DNA of 64,000 nucleotides. It comes from Dehalococcoidia bacterium. GTDB taxonomy: Bacteria; Chloroflexota; Dehalococcoidia; Plut-88900. Location: contig CBDBLV010000005.1 of the NCBI GenBank assembly GCA_965207225.1, positions 1,792,001-1,856,000 of the forward strand, read 5' to 3'. The notes under the pieces were generated by a model. The model searched no databases. It worked only from the letters and a program-made list of their open reading frames with translations, and was not told where the DNA came from. How positions within the stretch are numbered: position 1 is the first letter of the stretch; each line of letters opens with the position of its first letter. A program made the translations under genes and the position numbers. Positions 28,772 through 38,900 of the stretch are shown piece after piece.

Positions 28772-29452
28772 ATGTTGCAGTACAAGGGTCGGGAGATCCC
28801 CGAGACTTTTGCCGAAATAGTGGACCCGAAGCACACCGCCCTTATAGTCCACGAAATGCTTAACGATTTCCTGAACCCAAATGGCGAGTTTGCCAAGACA
28901 ATACCCGACAACGGGCTGGTCAAGTGCCTGCCCGAGCAGGTCGGGCCAACGCAGAACCTGCTACGGGAAGCTCGGGCGGTGGGGGTGAAGGTGATCTACG
29001 TCGGGTGGACGAACTATCCGGACAACAGCACCCGCGCAGACCCTGAGATCCGCATGGCATACGACCAGATCATGGACGGGACCTACATCATGCAGCGATG
29101 CCTGATGGAGAACACGTGGGGCCACGATGTGATTGACGAGCTCAAGCCTGAACCGGGTGACCTGGTCATCAACAAGTACAAGAGAGACGCCTTCGCGGGG
29201 ACGAGCCTGGAGGCGATTCTCCAGTGGAACAGGCTCAAGACTTTCATTATTGTCGGGATAGGGGTGCACGTCGGGATCGTGCCGACGGTGAGCAACGGGA
29301 TGAACAAGGGCTACTTCGTAGTGACTCCCGAAGACTGCATGATTTCCCACGAGCCGGAGTGGGTGGAAGCGTCGATGAAGTTCTTCAATATGTGGGGATT
29401 CACCAATCCATCGACGGACCTGATCGCGGCCTGGAAGGGTGGGGTCAGCTAG
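28772..29452 (+). CDS. Isochorismatase-like hydrolase
   Basis: DPKHTAL.VHEM.NDF, TWG...IDEL.P.PGD.VI.K...DAF.GT; AGGAGG RBS before ATG 28772. Confidence 0.88.
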   Translation: MLQYKGREIPETFAEIVDPKHTALIVHEMLNDFLNPNGEFAKTIPDNGLVKCLPEQVGPTQNLLREARAVGVKVIYVGWTNYPDNSTRADPEIRMAYDQIMDGTYIMQRCLMENTWGHDVIDELKPEPGDLVINKYKRDAFAGTSLEAILQWNRLKTFIIVGIGVHVGIVPTVSNGMNKGYFVVTPEDCMISHEPEWVEASMKFFNMWGFTNPSTDLIAAWKGGVS

Positions 29453-29454
29453 AT

Positions 29455-29961
29455 CTAGTGCGAGGGTATCCGCACCCTCATCTGCACGGAGACGGGCGCC
29501 CTGGCGCTGTAGGCCGTCTCGGGTATCAGCCACTCGTGGCGGAGCTGCCCGGTAGAGCCGAGCTTGTTGTACCCGGTCCTCGTAGTCAGCTCGGCGCCCG
29601 CCAGGCTGTAGTCCTTGCCAGGGCCCTGGTCGGATGAATTATGCGGGAGCTGCGCCGCGGAGCCGGCATCGACGACACGGACCAGGACGGCTCCCTCGGA
29701 GTCGGCATCCTCATACCACTCGACACGGCCAGGGGGGTCAAGGAGCTTCTCGTAACCGACGGGCACCAGCTCCTTCACCAAGGCATCCGAAACGTACCGC
29801 CAGTTGACCAACTGAACGCCGCTCCGTCGGGTCACCCTGTAGGAGGACTGCCACTCACCCTGGACTCCCTCGGCGCCGGCATCTCCCACCACGCAGACCA
29901 GGAAGCCCAGGAGGGCCACCATTGCCAGTATCACCGTGTAGACGTTTATGAACCTTCCCAT
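29455..29961 (-). CDS. Hypothetical exported/membrane-anchored protein
   Basis: ATG 29961 in TAATG overlap with upstream stop; N-terminal hydrophobic helix. Confidence 0.55.
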   Translation of the reverse strand: MGRFINVYTVILAMVALLGFLVCVVGDAGAEGVQGEWQSSYRVTRRSGVQLVNWRYVSDALVKELVPVGYEKLLDPPGRVEWYEDADSEGAVLVRVVDAGSAAQLPHNSSDQGPGKDYSLAGAELTTRTGYNKLGSTGQLRHEWLIPETAYSARAPVSVQMRVRIPSH

Positions 29962-31595
29962 TACCAGATCCTCCCTATCCATCGGGTTACCTCGGCCGAG
30001 AAGCCGACCGAGAGCATTATGTACGGGACGTCCCACTCGACCAGGCCGAGGGTCATGGCAACGCCGACAGGTCCCGCCAGGGCCACCATGATGAAGCCTC
30101 CCATCTCAACGGCCGCTCCTGCACGCTCCACGAACCCGGGCTTGGCGGGCCGGTGGGGCTTTATGGGGCGGATCGGCGCGGGGCCAACCGTCTTCTCCGC
30201 ACGCCACCGTCGCAAAGCTCCCTGGTACACCGCCTCGGCAGACTTATAGCGCTCGATATCGGCGGCGTACTCACGCTCGGCCGCACGTCCACGCTCCTCG
30301 TGGGCCTCCCTGGCCGAAATTCGCTCACGCTCCTGTTCGGCGGGCACCACCAGGCGCTTGGCCATTATCACCACGAAGAAGGTCGAGATGGCCATGAGGG
30401 CCACGGCCATGGTCACACGGCCCCAGCCCAGCCAGTCGCCCACGCCAGCGGCGTCCTCGTCGATCGTCACCTCCTGCTTCTTCACCTCCACCTGCTGGAC
30501 GTTGACGACCTCGATGCCGGGCCACCAGAGACCCACCTTGTTCACCCCAGGGGAGTACGCCGCCATGGTCTCAAGAACGGTGGCGCCGTAATCGCTCACG
30601 CTGCCCGAGGCGACCGCGAGGCGACGTGACAGTCGGGCCACGGTGACTCCCATCAATGAACCGGCGGCCTTGGCAAGAATCACGACAGGGATAACGGTTG
30701 CGAGGGTCGAGACGGGCAGATTTGTGAAGGACAGGTCGACCTGGGTCCCGGCGGAAGCGAAGAAGAGAGGGACAAATACGCCCTGGGACAGCCCGCGGAT
30801 GGATGGAAGGATGTCGTTGCGGAGGCGCCGGGGAAGGCCGGAGTTGACCATTCCGAAAACGAGGGCGGCGAGGGCCTCGTCCATTCCGATCTCGTGGGCG
30901 CCCCAGACCACGATGAACATGCTGCCCACCATCAACGCAGACGCGAGCTGAGGCGCTCCGATGATCCGCCTAAGGAAGACGAGTACCCGGGGCACGACCT
31001 TTGCAGACAGCACCCATGAAGCGGCTACGAACAGGATGATCTCTCCGAGCAGGATGGCTATCTTCCAGCCGCCCAGTTCACCCGGATGCGAGGACTCTTC
31101 CAGAGCGAAACCGGCTACCAGAAGGCCGACGATCTCGACCATCACAACCGTCGTGAAAATCTCAAGGCCGACCGGCTCCTTCAACCGGCCCAGGTCTCCG
31201 AGCACGCGGGCGGCTATGCCCAGGCTTGAGAGACCCATCAGGGAGGCCAGGGTGACGGCGTTGGCAGCGGAGAGGCCTATCACGTAGAGGAATATGGCCA
31301 GATTAGCCGCGAAGGGTATGGCGAAGCTGACGAGGGCGGCGACGAAGAATCGGCCGCGCAGGGTCTCTACGAAGCCGGAAATGTCTATTTCGTCAATGCC
31401 GATTAGGAAGAAGAGGAACAGGACCCCAACCTCGAAAAAGAGCTTTGCCTCTTCACCTGGTTCAAACCAGATGCCCAAGACGATGCCCACAACGAGATAG
31501 GCAAGGAGGGAGCTTTGCTTGAATCGGCTGGCTGCGCCTTCGAGTAGCTTGGCACAGAGGAGGAAGAGACCGATTATCAGGAAATCGGTGGTCAT
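29961..31595 (-). CDS. Cation:proton antiporter (CPA2-like) N-terminal ~330 aa fused to an unrelated membrane/coiled-coil segment
   Basis: GV.FLFF.IG.DE, SS.GI..RVL.DLG, FVPLFF..AG, AK..G; antiporter similarity stops near 30603. Confidence 0.7.
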   Translation of the reverse strand: MTTDFLIIGLFLLCAKLLEGAASRFKQSSLLAYLVVGIVLGIWFEPGEEAKLFFEVGVLFLFFLIGIDEIDISGFVETLRGRFFVAALVSFAIPFAANLAIFLYVIGLSAANAVTLASLMGLSSLGIAARVLGDLGRLKEPVGLEIFTTVVMVEIVGLLVAGFALEESSHPGELGGWKIAILLGEIILFVAASWVLSAKVVPRVLVFLRRIIGAPQLASALMVGSMFIVVWGAHEIGMDEALAALVFGMVNSGLPRRLRNDILPSIRGLSQGVFVPLFFASAGTQVDLSFTNLPVSTLATVIPVVILAKAAGSLMGVTVARLSRRLAVASGSVSDYGATVLETMAAYSPGVNKVGLWWPGIEVVNVQQVEVKKQEVTIDEDAAGVGDWLGWGRVTMAVALMAISTFFVVIMAKRLVVPAEQERERISAREAHEERGRAAEREYAADIERYKSAEAVYQGALRRWRAEKTVGPAPIRPIKPHRPAKPGFVERAGAAVEMGGFIMVALAGPVGVAMTLGLVEWDVPYIMLSVGFSAEVTRWIGRIW

Positions 31596-32491
31596 GCAGC
31601 GAGGCTGGGCAAGGCGGAAGCGAGGGCTTTGATGTGCTCAGGGGTGGTGCCGCAGCAGCCACCTATGGCCCGCGCCCCGAGCCTGGCCCACTCTTTGGCG
31701 TGGGCCAGGTACTGGTCGGGGGACATTGACTCCTCGAAGTCCCAGCCGCTGCCTTCGTAGACGGCGCCCTGCGCGTAGGCTCCCAGTGGCATCTCCTCAT
31801 TCCCATTCAGCGCCTTGAAGGCCGCCGTAATTTCAGGAACTTGAGAGCAGTTAGCGAACATCACCGAGGCACCTGCCTCTTTGACGGCAGATTGCGCATC
31901 AAGGATGCTCTCACCTGACTTGACTTGTCCCTGCTCATTCACGACGAATCCGGCCCAGGCGGGCATCCCAAGCTCTGCGGCGGCGGTGACACCTGCAACT
32001 GCTTCGTGGATCTTCGTGCAGGTCTCTACGAGGATTACATCGACTCCTGCCCCTGCCAGCACCCTAGCCTGGTCACAGTAGTCGGCCAGGCACTTTTCGT
32101 AGGGGTGTACGGCTTCAGGGGTATAGGACTGGCTGAGAGGGCCGAGGGAGCCGGCGACGACGATTTCTCGATCGGGGAAGCCGGAACGGGCATCCACGGC
32201 GGCTTTGGCAGCCAACTCGTTAATGCGCACCATCCCGGACTCGTCCCAGCCGATACGCGCTAATTTGCCCGAATTACAGATGTAGGTGTTGGTGATGATT
32301 ACCTCTGCGCCGGCTCTAATGAAATCTTCGTGGATCTCTTGAATCGCATCCGGCGAGTCCATCATGGCTGCAACAGAGAGCTCCGAAGAACCGGCCGCGA
32401 TGCCCCGACGCTTGATCTCTGTGCCCATGCCGCCATCCAGGATGACACATTCGCCACGGGACAGCTTAGCGGCCGCTGTGGTCAGCACCAT
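31592..32491 (-). CDS. Homocysteine S-methyltransferase family
   Basis: ILDGGMGTE, HEDFIRAGA..I.TNT, ET, NCS, IGGCCGTTPEHI. Confidence 0.92.
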   Translation of the reverse strand: MVLTTAAAKLSRGECVILDGGMGTEIKRRGIAAGSSELSVAAMMDSPDAIQEIHEDFIRAGAEVIITNTYICNSGKLARIGWDESGMVRINELAAKAAVDARSGFPDREIVVAGSLGPLSQSYTPEAVHPYEKCLADYCDQARVLAGAGVDVILVETCTKIHEAVAGVTAAAELGMPAWAGFVVNEQGQVKSGESILDAQSAVKEAGASVMFANCSQVPEITAAFKALNGNEEMPLGAYAQGAVYEGSGWDFEESMSPDQYLAHAKEWARLGARAIGGCCGTTPEHIKALASALPSLAA

Positions 32492-32506
32492 ATCGCCCCC
32501 GCTGCC

Positions 32507-33202
32507 CTAAGACCTCATTTCCTCCAGGACGCTTCTGACACCCTTTTGCAGGTCTTCGAAGACCTCCAGAACGCTGCGACGAGCGTCAATGGTCTCGAAG
32601 CCGTATTGGTCGGCGAGGCTGCGGAATTCTTTGATAAGGGCGCCCTGATACCGGACAAAGCTCGCATACCTATCAGGCTCTCTCAGGAAGTCTTCCCCCG
32701 ACTCCCAGTGGTCCAGTTCACGGTTAGCCATGACGCGGGGCAAAAGGTGCTCCACATCTACGTCAAGGAAGTAGATCTGATCAGGGACCATGGCGAATTC
32801 CAGGACGTCATCGAGCCATTGCGCTGGAACGCCCCGGACGCGGGACCTTGCCATGATAGAGAAGATGTACCTATCGCCAAGGATGACCATTCCGGCTTCC
32901 AGAGCGGGAATAATGCTCCTCTCCATTCGGTCCCAGAAGTCGGTGGCGTAGAAGAGGTTCAGGGTGAGGTGGTCAAGTATGTGCCCGCGCTTGGCACGGT
33001 CTATGCCGCTGCCAGTTAGGTCTGAGCGCCGAAAGCCGGTATCGGAGACTGCGAAGCCCTCGGTTTCCAGCCACTCTTTGAGCAGGCCTATCTGGGTGGA
33101 CCTGCCGACGCCGTCCGTGCCCTCGATGACGATGAGCCGGCCAGGAAGAGGCTTGTCTCCCAGGTTGAGCGGAGTGTGACCGTAGAACTTTGGAGTCTTC
33201 AT
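32507..33202 (-). CDS. Thymidylate kinase-like protein 2 (variant P-loop)
   Basis: LIVIEGTDGVGRSTQ, GDRY. Confidence 0.85.
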   Translation of the reverse strand: MKTPKFYGHTPLNLGDKPLPGRLIVIEGTDGVGRSTQIGLLKEWLETEGFAVSDTGFRRSDLTGSGIDRAKRGHILDHLTLNLFYATDFWDRMERSIIPALEAGMVILGDRYIFSIMARSRVRGVPAQWLDDVLEFAMVPDQIYFLDVDVEHLLPRVMANRELDHWESGEDFLREPDRYASFVRYQGALIKEFRSLADQYGFETIDARRSVLEVFEDLQKGVRSVLEEMRS

Positions 33203-33258
33203 AATCTAGTCCTGATGCTGGTTGGTAGAGACGGCAACCGTGATACCAGACCGACGAC

Positions 33259-34083
33259 CTATCCCTCAGTGAGAATGGGGTCGGTCAGACGTCGATATCC
33301 TGCCGGCGGGAGGTACCGACCACTCAGGCCGGTGCTTGATAAGGCGTCGGGGACCGTGTGGTTGTCGAACTGCATGATGCCGGGGAGCAACGGTTCGACG
33401 TATTCCCGCACCTTCTGCTGCTGGACGGCTATGGTCTCGGTCGCGTCTATCTTTATGAGGCCATATTCCTCGGTCAGCCTGTCATACTCCTCCAAGAGGC
33501 GTCCCTGGAACATGCGGAACGATTCCTCCCGGCTGGAGGTCAGGCCCAGGTCCGAACCTGATTCGTAGTAGCCCAGCTGGTCTCTGCCCGTGACGATTCT
33601 CCGGATAGATTCATCCAGCGGGACCTTGAAATAGAAGGCCAGTGAAGGCTTGATTGCAAAAGAATAAACTCGACGTAACCAATCACGATTAACGCCCCGT
33701 GCGGTATCACGGGCCAGAGCTGTATAGACATAACGGTCAGCAAGCACTATGGTGCCCGACTTCAGAGCGGGTATGACCTGCGTATACACGCGGTTGGCAA
33801 AATCAGCAGCGTGGATCAGGCTGAAGGACATGGGGGTGAGCTTTTTTTCCTGCTTGCCGCGTTTAGTAGTCCTCTTGACTATGGGCGAAGAGTTCCATTC
33901 GGTGAAAACCGTGACGTAACCGAGCCGCTTCAGCCACTTGCCAAGCAGGTCAATTTGAGTGCTCTTGCCGGAGCCGTCGATTCCCTCCACGATTATGAGT
34001 CGGCCCGGATATTTACCATCTTGCGGGTGGCTGCCATAGCGCTGGCCCATTTGGAAGCTAGCGTTGAGGTTGTTCTCCGTCAT
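33259..34083 (-). CDS. Thymidylate kinase-like protein 1
   Basis: LIIVEGIDGSGKSTQ, TEWNSS, ADRY; ATGA overlap with ppx. Confidence 0.88.
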   Translation of the reverse strand: MTENNLNASFQMGQRYGSHPQDGKYPGRLIIVEGIDGSGKSTQIDLLGKWLKRLGYVTVFTEWNSSPIVKRTTKRGKQEKKLTPMSFSLIHAADFANRVYTQVIPALKSGTIVLADRYVYTALARDTARGVNRDWLRRVYSFAIKPSLAFYFKVPLDESIRRIVTGRDQLGYYESGSDLGLTSSREESFRMFQGRLLEEYDRLTEEYGLIKIDATETIAVQQQKVREYVEPLLPGIMQFDNHTVPDALSSTGLSGRYLPPAGYRRLTDPILTEG

Positions 34084-35705
34084 TTCTTACCTCTTACAAT
34101 GCGCAAAGGCTCATTAAACTCTTTTTCCCAACGTTCATGCAGATGCGGAGCCGAGGCACGGGCCCAGGCTGGCGTCGCTATGGTAAATACCGCACCTGCC
34201 GCGTTGTTGGCGTCGGGCTGCTCCTGCGAGATGGTAACACACTCCGGAGGATATTCAGGGGCCAAACGACGCTCAATTTCATCTGTGGCCAAAAGGATGG
34301 CGGCAGCCTGCCCCAAGAACCGCTTGTCCGTGGCGGTGAGAACGGCGGAATCCAGGAATGGTTCGACGAGGGCTTCGTCTCCGGCGGCTAGCAGGATAGC
34401 GGCGATCTGGGCGCACTCCCTGTGAGTGAACGCGGGCAAGTCGGAGCGGGTGACGAGGGCAGCGGCCCTGTCGTAGCGGTTGTAGAAATCTATTGAACTG
34501 CCAACGTCCAGGAGGAGAGCTGCGCAACCCAGCGATGAAGTCAGAGTTGAATGTCGGCCGCCCCACACCGCCACGGCGATGCGTTCGGCGATGTCTGCCC
34601 GACGTGGCCCGCGTCCCGAAAATCGAGGAGCAAACCGACGCAGAAGATCGGCAAGGCCGTCGGAACGGACTTTCGAGCGCTTAGGAAGAGTGACAATTTT
34701 TTTCTTCCCTATAGGGCCGGGGTGTCGGGCCAGACCCTCCCGTAATCCCTGCCCTGACACTATAAACTTCTTCGCCCCCGTGTAGGCGAGAAGTGCATGT
34801 GCAATCACCACGCCACCCACTATGGAATGGGTACGGTCGGGGTTCATGCCGGGTATGAGAGCTCTCTCCTCCCGTGTTGCTGATGCCAACATATCCATCA
34901 GAATAGAGAGTCCATCTGCGGTGATGCTATAGCCATGCATCTTGGGAACGGGATGGTTAGTGCGGCGTCTGTCCAGTTTTGCCAGGAGCCGAATCGAACC
35001 TCCTGAACCAACCAGGAAACCTTTCTTGTCAAGCGGAGGTATGTCAGCCTCGGCCAGAAGATTTACGGTGTGCTCAGAGGCTGCTTTGAGATCCTTCGGC
35101 GAAGGTTTGTCCGTAAGCTGGAACTGGTTGGCAATGCGCAGGCTGCCAATGCGCAGGGATTCGAGGCTTTTGATGGAGCGGCGGGCAAATCGCACTATCT
35201 CCGTGCTGCCTCCCCCCAGGTCTGCGAGAAGGCCTCGGGCCACGGGTAGGCCGTGAATAGCTCCGATGAAGCAATAGGTGGCTTCCTCGTATCCATCAAT
35301 GATCCTGAAATCTATCCCGTATCTTTTGCTGGCCTGAGAGGTAACGTCTAACGCGTTCAGGGACTCTCGCAAGGCAGCGGTGCCTACGGCGTTGACTTCC
35401 TTGATGCCGTATCCGGCGCAGACCTGTGCGAAATCCTCAATGGCGCCTGACAGGCCAGCGACTCCCTCGGGGTCCAACATCTCATCAGCGTCGACGTGGG
35501 ACATCAAGTTGAGATTGAGGACCTGTTGGGCCACGGGTTCGACTCCGCCCCCGGGGTTGAGGTGAATTATTTCGGCACGGGCGGAGCCGGAGCCAATATC
35601 AATTACTGCCGTAAGGGAGCCTGAATTAGAAGGCTCGATTGCGTGATCGACTCTTGAAGGAACGGAATCCGATCGGGGCGGCGATGCGTAGGGTAGGGGA
35701 CTCAA
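34080..35705 (-). CDS. ppx: Ppx/GppA exopolyphosphatase family (start uncertain)
   Basis: AVIDIGS.S.R, GTAALRE, G.EEA, DLGGGSTE, GSGGS.R, GLREG, degenerate HD-like C-terminus. Confidence 0.85.
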   Translation of the reverse strand: MSPLPYASPPRSDSVPSRVDHAIEPSNSGSLTAVIDIGSGSARAEIIHLNPGGGVEPVAQQVLNLNLMSHVDADEMLDPEGVAGLSGAIEDFAQVCAGYGIKEVNAVGTAALRESLNALDVTSQASKRYGIDFRIIDGYEEATYCFIGAIHGLPVARGLLADLGGGSTEIVRFARRSIKSLESLRIGSLRIANQFQLTDKPSPKDLKAASEHTVNLLAEADIPPLDKKGFLVGSGGSIRLLAKLDRRRTNHPVPKMHGYSITADGLSILMDMLASATREERALIPGMNPDRTHSIVGGVVIAHALLAYTGAKKFIVSGQGLREGLARHPGPIGKKKIVTLPKRSKVRSDGLADLLRRFAPRFSGRGPRRADIAERIAVAVWGGRHSTLTSSLGCAALLLDVGSSIDFYNRYDRAAALVTRSDLPAFTHRECAQIAAILLAAGDEALVEPFLDSAVLTATDKRFLGQAAAILLATDEIERRLAPEYPPECVTISQEQPDANNAAGAVFTIATPAWARASAPHLHERWEKEFNEPLRIVRGKK

Positions 35706-35927
35706 AACCTGGCTGTTATTGTGGATGGTCCTGTGGTGAGAGGTCGGTGTGCAGATATGTAAAGGGGTATAGCAATCTCGGATTAATGATAGTACAGAGG
35801 CTTTGTGGGCCGCAATGAGGCGATGGCAGGCACAGAGATAGGGCAGTGGGCTTGTGACTCTTTCGGTGGGCCGGAGACGGAGTGCAAAAGAAGTTGCCGC
35901 ATGATATAACAGCACTATTCCCCTGGC

Positions 35928-38900
35928 TTGTATGTAATGCCTTCTGTGTACTGCTTTCGAAGCATTCTAATCCTTTTTGGTATGATATCGTTATTCGGCG
36001 TATTGGGGCCTTGGCATTCATCGGCCATATCAGCACAAGCGGAGGAAGGCGCTTGGGCGACGATAGAGGTGACGGGAATCACCAAGGGTTCAGCTACCGT
36101 AACGGTGTCACTTAGTGAGGGAGCTAGCGGACAAAGTCTTCACCTTCATTTTCGTACGACTCCTGACGGGCCTTGGATAGGTAATGACGAGATCCGGTTT
36201 ACCGGTGGAGTGGCCGAGGTCATATTGTCCAAATTGCTACCAGGGACTGAGTACGAGGTCGAAGTGTCCCGCGAGAGCATGTTCCTGCCGGAAGAGAGTT
36301 TGTCCAAGGCATTTGCCACTCTACCGCCCGATCCCTTTGTATCACGGGTGGACGTGGAGGGCATCACGAATTCTGAGGCGGTGCTAGTGGTGACGATTGC
36401 TCATCCAGGTTCCGCAACCAACACAGTGTACGTTCAATACCGTGCAGACGATGGCCAAGTTTGGAGCAAACTGCCAGGATTTGAGGCGAACAGTGCGGGC
36501 ATCGGGAGGGTGAAGCTGTCCAATCTTACTCCTGGAACAGGCTACGAGGTGGAAGCCTCCCTGGGAGATAAATTCATAGCCGAAGAGACTGAGCCTGCTT
36601 CTTTCAAGACCCTTTTGCCCAGGGTTGGAGATGTTACTGTTCGCGGTATATCCACTTCTCGGGCGACGATTGATGTCACTGTCTTGGAGCCGGGACAGGG
36701 GACTCAGACAGTCCACCTTCGTTACAGGACAAATTCTGAACGCCAGAGTCCGTGGAATACCGAGCTAGCCGTGTCAACGGTCGGAGATTCGACCAGCTTT
36801 GAATTGACGAACCTGGCGCCGGGTGTCTGTTACGAGGTGCAAGCATCGCTGGATAAAGATTTTATGCATGGGGTTGTAGCTTTGACTTTTTCCACCGCCC
36901 CATTGCCCAGTCTTGGCGCTGTGAATGTAGTCAGTGTTTCGGAGAGGTCAGCGCGCATTGAGGTGACCGTTCTTGACTCCGGCGGGGGCGGAGTCGGGGT
37001 GTATTTGAGGTACCGCGACTCTCAAACCCGAACATGGAGCGCAGCGCTACACACAGTTTCTTTCGATGACAGGGTGGAATTCGAAGTGTCGGGACTCGAA
37101 CCGGAAACCGAGTACGAGGTGGAGTCTTCGCTTGACCCGGATTTCGAGGCTGCTCTGATGCAAACTTTTGTCACCGAGAAAGAGGTAACTAGGGTGGCTG
37201 CGGTTACACTGGGGAGGGTGACGCGTTCTTCAGCAGAACTCACCGTGGAACTTGCGAATACCAGGGGAAGAAGTACGGTTTATGTTCGGTATAGGTCACT
37301 GGAAGTGTCGGACTGGGAGCCGTTTAGGACGGTTAGCAATTCCTCGGGGGTTGGGCGGTTAGTCCTGAATAACCTTGAACCCGGCACTCTGTATGAAGTC
37401 GAGGCTTCACTGGAGCCAGATTTTTTGTGGCCTGGGACCTTCTACGCTAACTTTACGACAGAGCGAGGGGCCCGACTTTCTGCGATTCGCCTCGAAAACG
37501 TAACGGACACTAGAGCCGCTGCAGTTGCAACGGTGGAGAGGGTGGAGGGCAGCACTCCCGTTCATTTGCGCTACCGCACCTATGGGGCTGGAAACTGGAG
37601 TGACCGTTTGACCAGAAACACCGCCAGTCCAACTGTAAGCTTCAGCCTGACAGAATTGCTTCCGGGTACCGCATACGAGATTGAGGCGTCCTTAGATTTG
37701 AATTTTCCGCCCTCGAAGACTATGTACCAGACCTTTGAGACCGACCCCGCGCCTGAGATTTCGAGCCTTAGAGTCAGTGATATTGCTGAAAGCGGGGCGA
37801 GGGTGTTGGTGAATATTTCAAGGCCTCAGCCACGCATGACGATATATTTGCGTTACCGCACTGAGAAGGACGTGGCGTGGAGTCGAACTATTTCAAAGGC
37901 CGCCTCTTCCAGGAGTGCCAGCATCCTGTTTGAGCGGCTAATGCCGGAAACCAACTATGAAGTCCAAGTCTCCCTTGACACCGACTTTCAGGAGGCGAAA
38001 ACGGCTTTCTTCACCACAGAGAAAAGAGAGCCGAGCGTTTCAGGGATGGAGGTGGAAGATATCGCCGAAACAAGCGCTACGATAAGCCTTTCCATCTCTG
38101 ACTCGCCGGGCAGCGTGACTGTGTATCTGCGGTACAGGAAAGTGGGATCATCGCGATGGATCAAGCCGGCATCACGTACAGCGACCACATCCAACATTAC
38201 ATTTGAGTTGGACTACCTGACGGAAAACACATCCTATGAAATCGAAGCCTCGTTGGAGGGTAATTTTCCAGTTGGGAGCAGGGTCCAGGATACATTTACG
38301 ACCAGGGCGACGCCGCGGGTGAGTGATGTTCTGGTGGAAGAGGTGACCGAGACGGATGCCTGGCTATCAATAGGATTGTCGGGTTCCTCCGGTACGAATG
38401 AGGCATTGCATATCCGCTATCGGGAGTTGCCTGATGGGGAATGGCAAGGGGGTCGGATTCAGGTGGAAGATGCGGAAACGATGGTCCTGATTTCGAATCT
38501 TTTGCCCGACACGGAATACGAAATAGAAACTTCAGTTGGTGAGGCTTTCAACAAGGCTCATACCAAGTCCAAGAAATTCAAGACCATAGCCCGGGAACCG
38601 GCTGTCGTACCGACTGCCAGACCTTCGGTCTCCACTGCTGACGCCGCGCCGCGAGAATTCTCTTTTGCTATGCCTGAAAACACTTCCAGTCCGGACGGGG
38701 GCCGACTGAGTATTTGGAGCTCAACGCCGTCCGCAGGTATGGAAGTGGCCATCGAAGAGGACCTCGCATGGCTCTTCGTGGAGCCTGAAGCAGGAATGGC
38801 CGTTAAGCCCGGGGAACTCCTGATTGTAGAGTTGAGGGTGGATGCCTCGGGGCTGGGGGCTGGGGTCTACACCGGGGAAATCGAGATTATTGGAAATGCC

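Noticed and set aside
35706-35915. Extended N-terminus of ppx in the ORF track
   Set aside because: No family similarity; occupies the divergent promoter region
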